NCBI GenBank assembly: GCA_965197805.1
Contig: OZ240229.1
Coordinates: 2,596,445 to 2,660,444 of the forward strand
Direction of reading: 5' to 3'
Source of the DNA: Dehalococcoidia bacterium
Lineage (GTDB): Bacteria > Chloroflexota > Dehalococcoidia > Lucifugimonadales > JAAXIE01
DNA length: 64,000 bases
The notes beneath the pieces were generated by a model, which worked only from the letters and a program-made list of their open reading frames with translations, did not search any database and was not told the DNA's origin. The translations under genes were made by a program, and so were the position numbers. Positions 40,615 through 50,377 of the stretch are shown in pieces; position 1 is the stretch's first letter, and every line of letters starts with the position of its first letter.

Positions 40615-41317
40615 TGGCGCCTCCTGTAGTTGTGTTAAGAGTCTTATCGTAAAGGGACTCCGGATGCCCTTCGATCATGTGAAGATCGAGTTCGCGCCCC
40701 AAGTGGTAGGTGAGACCATAGGCGACGGTAGCAATGTCCACTGGGCGGCCCAGAACTCGCTCCATGGAAGTAACGCCAGCGTCGGTGACCCCACAGGGGA
40801 TGATGTGCTGGAAGTAAGAGAGGTCAGGGGTGACATTAAGGGCGAGGCCATGATAGGCGACGCCATTGGTAATTTTCACTCCGATGGCCCCGATTTTCTC
40901 GTTCTCCACCCACACGCCAGTCCGTCCGTCTACCAGTCCCCCTTGGATATCGAACTGGCCAAGCGTGGCCAGCATCGCTCTTTCCAGAGCTCTAACGTAA
41001 CGCAGCGGCCCACCCCATGAGCGCAGGTTGACCACGGGATAGGCCACCAGTTGCCCAGGCCCATGATAGGTCACTTGTCCACCACGATCGGCCTCGTGAA
41101 GGGCGATGCCCCGTGCTTCCAGTTGCGAGTCATCCAGCAGGACGTGATCACGGTCGCCACGGCGACCCAGGGTGTAGACGTGGGGATGTTGCAGCAGGAG
41201 CAGTGTATTGGAGGATTGGCCTGCTTTGATGGCTTCCACCAGTTCAAGTTGAATGTCCCAAGCATCGGAGTATTCGACGATGCCAAATGAGATGACGTGG
41301 CAGGTTGGCTGGGCCAA
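40601..41317 (-). CDS. lipB: Octanoyltransferase LipB
   Basis: HPHVYTLGRR, DRGGQVTYHGPGQLVAYP, KIGAIG, HGLALN, IPCG. Start approximate (TTG). Confidence 0.92.
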   Translation of the reverse strand: MAQPTCHVISFGIVEYSDAWDIQLELVEAIKAGQSSNTLLLLQHPHVYTLGRRGDRDHVLLDDSQLEARGIALHEADRGGQVTYHGPGQLVAYPVVNLRSWGGPLRYVRALERAMLATLGQFDIQGGLVDGRTGVWVENEKIGAIGVKITNGVAYHGLALNVTPDLSYFQHIIPCGVTDAGVTSMERVLGRPVDIATVAYGLTYHLGRELDLHMIEGHPESLYDKTLNTTTGGAIATR

Positions 41318-41337
41318 TGGTCGATCACACGGCCGGT

Positions 41338-42699
41338 TCAGTAGATCGGCGTGTCGGGCCCCATGGCCTCGAGACGCTGCTTGACCGCCTGTAGGAAGGC
41401 GCTGGACTCGGAGCCGTCGGCAACGCGGTGGTCGAAAGAGAGGCACACGTTCATCATGGAGCGAATCGCAATAGCGTCGTTCATCACGACGGGCCGTTTC
41501 TGCACAGCCTCAATGGTTAGAATGCCCGCTTGGGGGTGGTTGATGATGGGCTGGGAAACGACGGAACCCAATGCGCCGGTGTTGTTCAGGGTGAAGGTAC
41601 CACCCTGAACGTCTTCCAAGGACAGCCTGCCTTGGCGGGCCCGCTCCGTAAGCTCATGAGCCGCTCGGGCTAGGCCGGCAATGCTGTGCCCGTCGGCGTT
41701 GTGGATGACCGGCACCACGAGCCCTCCCGGGGCAGCCACAGCGATGCCGATGTTGGTGCGCTTCTTTAGGATAATCTTGTCGCCACCCCAAGACGAGTTG
41801 AGGAGGGGGTTCTCTTTGAGCGCCTCTACCAAGGCTTTGATGGCAAAGGGGAGGTAGGTGAGGGCCACGCCTTCTCGTTGTCGGAAGTCATCTTTGATAC
41901 GGTCGCGGTAGGATGCCAAGAAAGTTAGGTCGACCTCAATCATGCTCCAAGCATGGGGTATCTCCGAGGCGCTGCGTGACATGTGTTCCGCGATGATGCG
42001 TCGCACTGCGGTGAGGGGCACGGCCTCCTCATCAGCCCCCGCAGTCATGGGTATGGGTGTGGGGGCCGGTGACGCTGGGGCAGCAGGGGCTGAAATCGGA
42101 GGTGCAGAGGCCGTGGCCACGGCCGCGCCACGGGTTTGTACAGCTTTCATTACGTCTTCGCGAGTCACCCTCCCGCCCATACCGCTGCCACTTAGCGTGT
42201 CTGGGTCGATGTTCTGCTCTCGCGCCAACCGACGCACCGCAGGGGAATATCGCCGGCGCGAGGCTGGTTCGTCCCGCTCGGTATCGGGTTGTGGTGCAGC
42301 GTCGGGAAGAGCAGTCTCCGGCCCAGCCATGATTCCACCAGTGGGACCCACGGGCCGGAGGTCTTTCGACAGGTAACCGATGGTGCTGGGGGGCGTCGGG
42401 GCGGAAGCTTGCACCGGCGGAGTGGCCGCGTGAGAGGATTGGACTACTGAGCCGTTCGTATCCGCTGTTTCCATCTCAGCGATGGGGGCGCCCATGGGAA
42501 CGGTGTCGCCCTCTTGGGCCAACAGAGAAGTAAGGACGCCATCATAAGGGGAGGGTACTTCCATGGTTACCTTGTCGGTGACCACTTCCACCAAGGGGTC
42601 GAAACGCCTCAGTTTGTCGCCCGGTTGGGCCAGCCACTTGCCGATAACACCTTCAACGACCGACTCGCCAACATGGGGCAGTTCGATCACTACAGCCAT
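41338..42699 (-). CDS. 2-oxoacid dehydrogenase E2 dihydrolipoamide acyltransferase
   Basis: Lipoyl TDKVTMEV, PSBD SPAVRRLA...GSGMGGRVT, catalytic DHRVADG. Confidence 0.95.
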   Translation of the reverse strand: MAVVIELPHVGESVVEGVIGKWLAQPGDKLRRFDPLVEVVTDKVTMEVPSPYDGVLTSLLAQEGDTVPMGAPIAEMETADTNGSVVQSSHAATPPVQASAPTPPSTIGYLSKDLRPVGPTGGIMAGPETALPDAAPQPDTERDEPASRRRYSPAVRRLAREQNIDPDTLSGSGMGGRVTREDVMKAVQTRGAAVATASAPPISAPAAPASPAPTPIPMTAGADEEAVPLTAVRRIIAEHMSRSASEIPHAWSMIEVDLTFLASYRDRIKDDFRQREGVALTYLPFAIKALVEALKENPLLNSSWGGDKIILKKRTNIGIAVAAPGGLVVPVIHNADGHSIAGLARAAHELTERARQGRLSLEDVQGGTFTLNNTGALGSVVSQPIINHPQAGILTIEAVQKRPVVMNDAIAIRSMMNVCLSFDHRVADGSESSAFLQAVKQRLEAMGPDTPIY

Positions 42700-42721
42700 G
42701 GTACCGCCCCTCTCTCCTCGC

Positions 42722-43705
42722 TCAGTAAGCAGCCAGCCGACGCAGAGCTTGGGCAACTTTGTCGGTGCTAGGCATATAGACCTCTTCCAAGGAGGAGGCA
42801 AAGGGCATGGCAGGCACGTCGGGGCCGCAGAGGCGGGTCACTGGGCCATCCAAGTGCTCGAAGGCTTGATCCGCTATGAGGGCAGCCACTTCCGCACCGA
42901 CCCCACCCGTCACGTTGTCCTCATGCACGATGAGGGCCTTGCCCGTCTTTTTCACCGAGTCCAATATCGTGTCGCGGTCCAAGGGGCTGAGGGTGCGCAG
43001 GTCCACAACTTCCACGCTTATGCCCTCTGCTGCGAGGAACTCCGCTGCCTCAAGGCAGTAATGAAGCACCAGCCCATAGGAGATAACGGTTATGTCGCCT
43101 CCGGCATGTTTGACGTCGGCGACGCCTATGGGTAGGCAGTACTCCCCGTCGGGTACCTCGCCGCGGACCAGACGGTAGGTCTTCTTGTGCTCCAAGAAAA
43201 CTACCGGGTTGTCGTCGCGGATGGCCGACTTGAGCAGACCCTTGGCATCGAAAGGAGTAGCCGGGGCAACGACCTTCAGACCGGGCGTATGAAAGAAGTA
43301 GGACTCCACATTCTGAGAGTGGTACAGACCTCCGCGTATGCCTCCGCCATAGGGCACACGCACCACCATCGGGGCCGAGATGGCACCATTGGTGCCGTAG
43401 CAGGCACGGGAAGCCTCGCCTATTAGCTGGTTGGCAGTGGGCCAGATGAAGTCGGCGAATTCCACTTCGGCGATGGGGCGCAGCCCACGGAAAGAGGCGC
43501 CTAGGGCGATACCCACTATGGAGGCTTCAGCCAAGGGTGTGTCGATGACCCGACCGGGGCCGAACTCGTCGAGAAAACCCTGCGTAGCTAGGAACACACC
43601 GCCACGCTGCCCGATGTCCTCTCCCATGATCAGCACCTTCGAGTCGCGCACGAGCTCTTCGTGCATCGCCTCCCGTACCGCCTCGATAACGCTCTTCACA
43701 GCCAT
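42722..43705 (-). CDS. 2-oxoacid dehydrogenase E1 beta (branched-chain type likely)
   Basis: GEDIG, DTPLAE, GGLYHSQ, VVDLRTL. Confidence 0.93.
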   Translation of the reverse strand: MAVKSVIEAVREAMHEELVRDSKVLIMGEDIGQRGGVFLATQGFLDEFGPGRVIDTPLAEASIVGIALGASFRGLRPIAEVEFADFIWPTANQLIGEASRACYGTNGAISAPMVVRVPYGGGIRGGLYHSQNVESYFFHTPGLKVVAPATPFDAKGLLKSAIRDDNPVVFLEHKKTYRLVRGEVPDGEYCLPIGVADVKHAGGDITVISYGLVLHYCLEAAEFLAAEGISVEVVDLRTLSPLDRDTILDSVKKTGKALIVHEDNVTGGVGAEVAALIADQAFEHLDGPVTRLCGPDVPAMPFASSLEEVYMPSTDKVAQALRRLAAY

Positions 43706-43713
43706 GATATATC

Positions 43714-44730
43714 TCAGCCTGCGTACAGGTGGTGGTAGAAGGTTGAGGGATCGGGGAGGGGAGCGTCCTCGGCCAAGGCAGTAGCCCGGTCCACTTGGAC
43801 TCGGGCCTCAGAGCGCATCATTTCGTCATCCGACTCCGTCAGATGGCCGGTCTCCAGCAGGTAGTTGCGGAGTGCGTCGATGGGGTCGCGGGTGCGGGCG
43901 GCCTCCAGTTCTTCCGTAGAGCGGTAGCGCCGGTCATCGTCATCGGTTGTATGCGGCATGAGGCGCTCAACCTGCATCTCCAACAGGACGGGCCCCTCGC
44001 TCCGGGCATAGGCTATAGCATCGCAGGTCGCCCGATAGCACTCGAACAAGTCAAGGCCATCCACCTCATGGCCGGGGAAGCCATAGCTCTGCGCCCTCTG
44101 TGTCACCCCAGGAACAGACATCTGTAACCTGAGGGGGACCGATATGGCGTACCGATTGTTTTCGCAGATGAATATCACGGGCAGGCGGTGCACTGCGGCG
44201 AAATTCATGGCCTCATGGCACTCGCCTTGGCTGGAGCCTCCATCGCCCAAGTAGGCCAGCACAACAGTGTCCTCACCCAAAGCCCTGCACCCCAGCGCAT
44301 AGCCGACCGCTTGGGTAAGGTTAGCTGCCACCACGTTGGAGGTCTGAATCACACGGTTATGGGGCGAGGCTCCCTGTAGGGGAAACTGGCGTCCGCCACT
44401 ATAGGGGTCTCCTGCTTTCCCCATGAAGGAGAGCATGGCCTCGTCGACGGATATTCCTGCAGTCAGCTTGATGGCCAAGTCGCGGTAGTAGGGGAAGAGG
44501 AAGAAATCGCCGTCGTCCTGAGCAGCGAGAAGACTACCCAGTTGGGCCGCCTCGTGGCCTTGGCATGAAGCAGCGATGGGCACCTTGCCCTGCCGATTCA
44601 ACGCCCAGATACGCTCGTCGAATGTACGTACCAGTACCATCTGCGAGTAGACCTGCAACGCCTTGGGGTCGCTAAGGACATGAGAGCCGTGGAGGCCTTC
44701 GTTGCCGTGGGCCTTTTCCGCCTGGGCCAT
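43714..44730 (-). CDS. 2-oxoacid dehydrogenase E1 alpha (branched-chain type likely)
   Basis: SCQGHEA, PYYRD, TPP motif GDGGSSQG...ENNRYAIS. Confidence 0.93.
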   Translation of the reverse strand: MAQAEKAHGNEGLHGSHVLSDPKALQVYSQMVLVRTFDERIWALNRQGKVPIAASCQGHEAAQLGSLLAAQDDGDFFLFPYYRDLAIKLTAGISVDEAMLSFMGKAGDPYSGGRQFPLQGASPHNRVIQTSNVVAANLTQAVGYALGCRALGEDTVVLAYLGDGGSSQGECHEAMNFAAVHRLPVIFICENNRYAISVPLRLQMSVPGVTQRAQSYGFPGHEVDGLDLFECYRATCDAIAYARSEGPVLLEMQVERLMPHTTDDDDRRYRSTEELEAARTRDPIDALRNYLLETGHLTESDDEMMRSEARVQVDRATALAEDAPLPDPSTFYHHLYAG

Positions 44731-44758
44731 ACTACCTCTCCAGGAAGGTTCTTGCTCG

Positions 44759-46951
44759 CTAGGAAGGTTCTTGACGTTGCGAGCTGGCTACCAGCAGGTC
44801 GCCCCGGTCACCCCAGCGCTTAAAGAAGCGTTTGAAGTTCTTGAAGCTAAGCTCGTTCCGTTGGGCCTCGTCCAAGGCAGCCCACACCCGGTGCTCATGT
44901 CGCACTATGGGCAGGTCGTCCGCAGCAAAGATGCGGTGTCCCAAGTTCTTCATCTGGAAACTGAAATCGAGGTCGAGGTTGCGATAGAAGCGGAAGCACT
45001 CGCGCATCAGGCCCACCTCATTGACAAGGGAACGCCGGAAGCCTTGGCAATAGGCCTGCATGGCGTCGGACTCGCCCGATGTGACCTCGTCGTGGAAGTG
45101 ATGTATGTCGTCGGTGCATACACCCCACGGCCCGACCATCGAGATTCGCTCATCATCCAACCAGCGGTCGACGGGCGTCAGGATGTCGCCGACTACCTCG
45201 ACTGAGGGATCCAGGAACAGTACGGTGCGCCCACGACACTGCATCAGGCCAATGTTCTTGGCTGCGCCCTCACCCAGCACATGGTCGGCGTGGACTACGT
45301 TGACCCGTGAATCGCTGGCCCGGAGTTCTTCCAGCCATTCCGAGGTACCGTCAGTGGAGCCGTTGTCGACCACGACAAGCTCGGCGTTGTGGCCCTCAGC
45401 CCACTTCAGGGCGCTGCGGGTGACCCGCTGCACATCGTCCTTATAGTCAGACACCACCGAGACCATGGAAAAGTCCAGCGTCGGAGGCTCGCCCAAGTAG
45501 GAGAGCACCTCCTTGGGCGAGGAAATCGTGGCGAACTGTCCCTGCATCCGCTCCAGCGGGGTCTTGGGGCGCACTGATGCGCCGTCGGCTTGGTCTTGGA
45601 CCACGTAGCCGTGGGATGAGATGTGCTCGCGCAGGGCATCCGCCTCGTCATAGGAATGGCTGCTGCGGAAGCTGCTCCGCCGTTCTACATGTGCGCCCAC
45701 CTGAGAAGGGACCTCGTGAGTGGCGGCGGCCTGGTCCAAGCCCAGCCCCAGAAGCTCATCGAACTCCCGCAGCAGCGCAGCCTTGGCCGCGTCGGGCAGC
45801 GGGGACTGGGACATGTTCCACACGCTCGCCAAGGCACTGGGAAGGTCGAGGTCGTTCTCCACCTTCTCCCAGAATTTCGTCCGCCACTCCTCGGCCTCGG
45901 TTGGCATCTCGGCAAGGTCAGAGGCTTGGCGCCAGACAGCCATGCGAGCTTGAAGACCGGTCAAGGCCCGCTGAGCAGCCCTCAGCGTGGAGAAGGTGAA
46001 GTTCATCCGATTGCGGTAGCGCACCGTGAGGCAGAGGTAGCGGAAGGACAATGGGTCGAAGTCCCGCGCCACCAGATCATCGAGAATGAACACGTTGCCC
46101 GAGGACTTGGCCATCTTGACGCCGTCCGCGAGCAGATGCTGGCCGTGGACCCAGTAGCGCACGTAGGGGACCCCAAAAGCAGCCTCGCTCTGGGCTATCT
46201 CGTCCTCGTGATGAGGGAAGATGTTGTCCACGCCGCCGGTATGGATATCGAGCTGCTGCCCCATGTACTTGGTAGACATGGCCGAGCATTCGATGTGCCA
46301 GCCAGGGAAACCTTCTCCCCAAGGGCTGTCCCACTTCATCTCACGTCCGGGCTCCGCCAGCTTCCAGAGCGTGAAATCACGCGGGTCGCGCTTCAGCGGG
46401 TCGGCCTCACTGCGAACACCCTCCATCAACCCTGCCTGCTGATTGCCCGAAAGGGCCCCGTAGGCTTCGAATTTGGCGACATCAAAGTAGATGTTGCCAC
46501 CCACCAAGTACGCATAGCCTTTGGCCATCAACTGTTCGACCAAGGCCACCATCTCAGCCACATGCTCAGTGGCCCAAGGATAGATGTGAGCCGGAAGAAT
46601 GTTGAGCCTGGCTTCGTCGTCGTAGAAAGCTTGGGCGTAGAACTGGGCAATCTCCTGAGGAGACTTACCTTCTTCCAAGGCCGCCAGGATAACGCGGTCG
46701 CCACCCTCTTCCAGCATCTCTTGGCGCATGTGGCCCACGTCGGTTATGTTCTTGACGTGAGTAACCTCATAGCCTCGATGCATGAGAGCGCGACGTATCC
46801 AGTCGGCCATCAGATAACTTCGGAGGTTGCCTATATGGGCGTAACGGTAGACAGTAGGACCGCAGGTGTACATTTTGGCGACACCGGGCTCTAGAGTCTG
46901 CACCTCCTCCGCCCGACGCGTCATAGTGTTGTGTAAGCTAAGCACCATCAC
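44759..46951 (-). CDS. cysS: Cysteinyl-tRNA synthetase fused to a C-terminal GT2 glycosyltransferase domain
   Basis: CGPTVY, HIGN, WHIECSAM, FPHHEDE, KMAKS, anticodon helix ADALR. Then VVVDNGSTDGT, AAKNIGL, LFLD, DLDFS. Confidence 0.9.
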   Translation of the reverse strand: MMVLSLHNTMTRRAEEVQTLEPGVAKMYTCGPTVYRYAHIGNLRSYLMADWIRRALMHRGYEVTHVKNITDVGHMRQEMLEEGGDRVILAALEEGKSPQEIAQFYAQAFYDDEARLNILPAHIYPWATEHVAEMVALVEQLMAKGYAYLVGGNIYFDVAKFEAYGALSGNQQAGLMEGVRSEADPLKRDPRDFTLWKLAEPGREMKWDSPWGEGFPGWHIECSAMSTKYMGQQLDIHTGGVDNIFPHHEDEIAQSEAAFGVPYVRYWVHGQHLLADGVKMAKSSGNVFILDDLVARDFDPLSFRYLCLTVRYRNRMNFTFSTLRAAQRALTGLQARMAVWRQASDLAEMPTEAEEWRTKFWEKVENDLDLPSALASVWNMSQSPLPDAAKAALLREFDELLGLGLDQAAATHEVPSQVGAHVERRSSFRSSHSYDEADALREHISSHGYVVQDQADGASVRPKTPLERMQGQFATISSPKEVLSYLGEPPTLDFSMVSVVSDYKDDVQRVTRSALKWAEGHNAELVVVDNGSTDGTSEWLEELRASDSRVNVVHADHVLGEGAAKNIGLMQCRGRTVLFLDPSVEVVGDILTPVDRWLDDERISMVGPWGVCTDDIHHFHDEVTSGESDAMQAYCQGFRRSLVNEVGLMRECFRFYRNLDLDFSFQMKNLGHRIFAADDLPIVRHEHRVWAALDEAQRNELSFKNFKRFFKRWGDRGDLLVASSQRQEPS

Positions 46952-47062
46952 CCCCTGGAGGCGGTTTCCACACCAGCCCGCCCACCATCATCGACCGGAA
47001 TTCTACCACACTTTCCGAGTTTGGACTGTACCGACAAGCCTTTCACTGAAAGATATGTCACG

Positions 47063-47091
47063 TTGACAATGCGCTGAGCGCTTCCTACAAT
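47063..47091 (+). promoter_or_regulatory. Sigma70-type promoter
   Basis: TTGACA at 47063-47068, 17-bp spacer, TACAAT at 47086-47091. Confidence 0.65.
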
Positions 47092-47146
47092 CGTGCCCAC
47101 CCGATCATATTATTCAGGCAAACGCATTCCCGCGGAGGCCCGGCGC

Positions 47147-47848
47147 ATGTCCACGGTGCGACAGCTATTTCACCTACAGGAGCTAGACTTGGAGATTGCC
47201 CGAATGGGCAGCGAAGTCTCTTCCTTGGAAGGCCGCATCGGAGACCGCAGGCTGCTGGCCGAATGCGAGGTTGCCCTTCAGACAGCCCAAGTCCGGCAAC
47301 ACCAGTTGCAGACGGACCACGCCAACGGCGAAATGGAGGCAGGCTCCGTTCGCACCAAGCTGGAATCGGAACGTGAGAAGCTGTACGGCGGAACCGTCAC
47401 CAACATACGGGAACTGGAGGGCTTGGAGAAAGAGACGACCAGCTTGGGTGCGGACCTCCAGAAGCGGGAAGAAATCCTGCTGCTGATGATGGAGGAACTG
47501 GAGGAGAGCAACTCAGTCCTGGCCGAGGCAGAACAGCGCAACACCACCGAGGCATCCCGATGGCACGAGGAGCAAGCAGAACTCACCAGCCAGTGGGAGC
47601 AGTTGGGCGGGGGCTTGGAAGAGCTTCAGAAGAAGCGCAATGAGACTGCCGGCGCACTGCCCCCCAACGAACTTCGTCTGTACGAGTCCCTACGCACCTC
47701 CAAGGGCGGCTTGGCAGTGGCCCGCGTCGAGCGCGGCCTATGCCGGGGTTGCCTGATGACGCTGCCCACTCACCAGATGCAAAAAGCCCGCATGGCCCGC
47801 GAACCCATTGCCTGCAACAGCTGCGGTCGACTTCTGTTCGTAAGCTAG
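47147..47848 (+). CDS. Coiled-coil protein with C4-type zinc ribbon (DUF164-like)
   Basis: LQELDLEI, long coiled coil, CRGC...CNSCGRLL. This family is commonly found next to rnpB. Confidence 0.9.
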   Translation: MSTVRQLFHLQELDLEIARMGSEVSSLEGRIGDRRLLAECEVALQTAQVRQHQLQTDHANGEMEAGSVRTKLESEREKLYGGTVTNIRELEGLEKETTSLGADLQKREEILLLMMEELEESNSVLAEAEQRNTTEASRWHEEQAELTSQWEQLGGGLEELQKKRNETAGALPPNELRLYESLRTSKGGLAVARVERGLCRGCLMTLPTHQMQKARMAREPIACNSCGRLLFVS

Positions 47849-47867
47849 CCACTGTCCCAACCCTCTT

Positions 47868-48563
47868 ATGTTTGCGTCGCCGAAGCGTAGTCGTGCCCGC
47901 TCACAGCCCAGATTAGATAACCCATTCCGATGCACGTCTTTTCGCCACCTCCGTTTGACAGACCTTTCGCCAGCAAGGTGCCAACAAATTGTGATCAAAG
48001 ACCTCCTTCTCCATTTCGAGCTGGCATCTACCGTAGTCTTGATCGCGCTGGCTTGTGGCGACAACGATGAGGGCCGTGACGCGACCCCCTTTCGCGTAGG
48101 GGTGATGGAGTCCCTTACGGGCTTGGGCGAGACCTATGGTTCGGTGGCCAATCGGGCAAAGCAGATGGCGGCGGACGAAATTAACGCGGCGGGCGGCATC
48201 AACGGGCGCAGGTTGGAACTCGTCGTGGAAGATTCCAAGTGCAGCGGCATGGACGCAATTGCCGCCTACGAGAAGCTGACCGAGGTGGATGGCATCACGC
48301 TCCCTTGGCATCTGGGATCAGCCTACGACAACGTCTACATCACTGCCGAGTGCCTCAGACAGACCAACGACGACCAGGACGCGGAGGGTTTCCGCGACTA
48401 TCTGTACGCCATCACCTGGAGTGGCGCTATAGGTGACGGCTACAGTTTCGACGCCAACGGGGAGGTCGTCGGTCTCTCCCGTGTGGTCGTCGAGGTGTTG
48501 CCAGCAGCCGAGCGCACCGCAGACAGAAAATACAGGGTGTTGGGGCCGGCCCCCGACCTCTAG
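47868..48563 (+). pseudogene. Branched-chain amino-acid-type ABC substrate-binding protein with large internal deletion
   Basis: Lipobox LACG, EINAAGGINGRRLELVVEDSKC, then an abrupt jump to the C-terminal AYDNVY. Only about 190 aa remain. Confidence 0.7.
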
Positions 48564-48600
48564 AGAGCTGGCACAGGCCGACCCCTGCGCCGGAATCGCC

Positions 48601-48630
48601 TTGACCCCCTTCGGAGGCGCATGCTAGATT
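48601..48630 (+). promoter_or_regulatory. rnpB promoter
   Basis: TTGACC, 18-bp spacer, TG-c-TAGATT ending 8 bp before the RNA 5' helix. Confidence 0.5.
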
Positions 48631-48638
48631 CGGCCTGT

Positions 48639-49104
48639 AGGAGCCGGCCAGGCTGGGTGGCCGCCGCCCTCGTCAGCGAGGGGGGAGGAAAGTCCGGGCT
48701 CCACCGGGCAGGGTGCTGGGTAACGCCCAGGCTCCCATTCTTCGAGCAATCGAAGGCGGGAGACGGATAGTGCCACAGAAACATACCGCCTACGGCCCCC
48801 TTGGGGTCAGGTAAGGTTGAAAGGGTGAGGTAAGAGCTCACCGCGTCCTCAGTGATGGGGATGGCAGGCAAACCCCACCTGGAGCAAGGCCGAATAGAGG
48901 GACTATGGGCGCCCGGCCCGTCCCCGGGTTGGCTGCTGGAGTCTAGCGGTAACGCTGTCCCACAGGGACGCCGGCCACCACCATATGGTCCGGCAGACCT
49001 AGATAGATGGTCACCACCTTCGAGCGTCCAGGAGGAAGTCCCTGAGATGTAAACTGGCTCGCACGAGGGGAACAGAACCCGGCTTACAGGCCTGCCTGGC
49101 TCCT
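48639..49104 (+). ncRNA. rnpB: RNase P RNA, type A
   Basis: GAGGAAAGTCCGGGCTCC, AGTGCCACAGAAA, GAGCAAGGCC, AGATAGATG, ACAGAACCCGGCTTA. Terminal P1 pairing AGGAGCC with GGCTCCT. Confidence 0.96.
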
Positions 49105-49232
49105 CACGCCCATATGGAACGCGCAACCCTACTAGCGATCAAGTACAGCAATCAAGAACTAGCGATCGGGAAAGACAACCCAAGACCCGGCAACCCAAAG
49201 GATGTCGCCTCAAGGCTATGGAGGGCATTGCG

Positions 49233-50201
49233 ATGAAGGCAGCCAGACTGACGGGACCAAAACAGTTCGAGCTGTTTGAGACCGAGGCACCCACAGCCGG
49301 AGACGGCCAGTGTCTGATCAAGCTGGAGCATGTTTCGGTGTGTGGCAGCGACATCCGCACCGAATACGGCCGCCTCTTCCCTGAGGAGCACTACCCAGCA
49401 AGACTGGGCGCCCCATGCCACGAGTGCGCCGGGGTGGTGGTGGAGAGCCGCTGCGACGAGTTCCACGAGGGGCAGCGGGTGATCGTGATTCCCGGAGCCG
49501 ACACCAGCCACGGCCTCGTCGAATACATCGCCTCTCGACCCAGCCGCATGATTGCGTTGCCCGATGGGGGCGACCTGAGCGATTGGGTCATGTGCCAGCC
49601 TTCGGGAACAGTGCTCTACTCCTGCCAGCGCATGGGGAACGTGTTGGGCCAAAACGTTGCCATCGTGGGCCAGGGAGGCATAGGCCTCTCATTTACCATG
49701 TTGGCAGCCATGATGGGGGCACGGCGCGTCATCGGCATTGACCTGCTGGACTACAGACTGGAATGGGCCAAGAGCTTTGGAGCGACCCACACCATCAACC
49801 CCGGACGGGAAGAGGTAGTGCAGGCCATTCAGGACATCGTCGAAGGTGAGGGGGCCGACGTAGTGGTGGAGGCCGCTGGGTTCCCAGACGCGTTCAACCT
49901 CTGCTTCCGGTTGGTGCGCCAACTGGGCACCGTAGTCCTGTTCGGCATTCAGCCGTCGGACACCATAACCTTGGAACACGACTTGATGATGGCCAAGCAG
50001 CCCACCATAGTGCCTACTGTGGGGGCCCGGACTCCCAACGTAACGGCTTACATTGAGCGCATGGTCGAACTTAAGTCCCGCGGCCTAATCGACCCCGGCC
50101 GCATGGTTACCCACCGTATCGGCTTCGGTGATGTGCAACGGGCCTATGACATGTACGAGCAGCAGCAGGACGAGGTCGTCAAGGTTGTGATGTCACTCTG
50201 A
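49233..50201 (+). CDS. Zinc-dependent medium-chain dehydrogenase
   Basis: CGSD, CHECAG, GQGGIG, VVEAAG. Start near 49233 (or 49218). Confidence 0.88.
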   Translation: MKAARLTGPKQFELFETEAPTAGDGQCLIKLEHVSVCGSDIRTEYGRLFPEEHYPARLGAPCHECAGVVVESRCDEFHEGQRVIVIPGADTSHGLVEYIASRPSRMIALPDGGDLSDWVMCQPSGTVLYSCQRMGNVLGQNVAIVGQGGIGLSFTMLAAMMGARRVIGIDLLDYRLEWAKSFGATHTINPGREEVVQAIQDIVEGEGADVVVEAAGFPDAFNLCFRLVRQLGTVVLFGIQPSDTITLEHDLMMAKQPTIVPTVGARTPNVTAYIERMVELKSRGLIDPGRMVTHRIGFGDVQRAYDMYEQQQDEVVKVVMSL

Positions 50202-50210
50202 GACGACCGT

Positions 50211-50350
50211 CCTCACTCTCCCTTCATGCCCTTCATGGGAGAGGGTTGAGGCTAGGGCGATGCGTTCATCAACCTGAGTTGTCATTCAACATCAGGCTCT
50301 ACGATTTCGCATCGTCTCGCTCGCCTTAGCCCGCTCACATGAGGAGAGGG
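50211..50350. repeat. REP-like hairpins in a convergent intergenic region
   Basis: cctcactctccc...gggagaggg and gccttagcccgctc...gagagggg, resembling the 27007 element. Confidence 0.5.
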
Positions 50351-50377
50351 GGCTTTGGCCGATGGGCCGAGCCCCGG

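Noticed and set aside
44759-46951. Annotation as MshC
   Set aside because: The anticodon-binding helical domain is retained, unlike MshC.
46952-47060. T-box leader for cysS
   Set aside because: The region is too short and has no T-box consensus.
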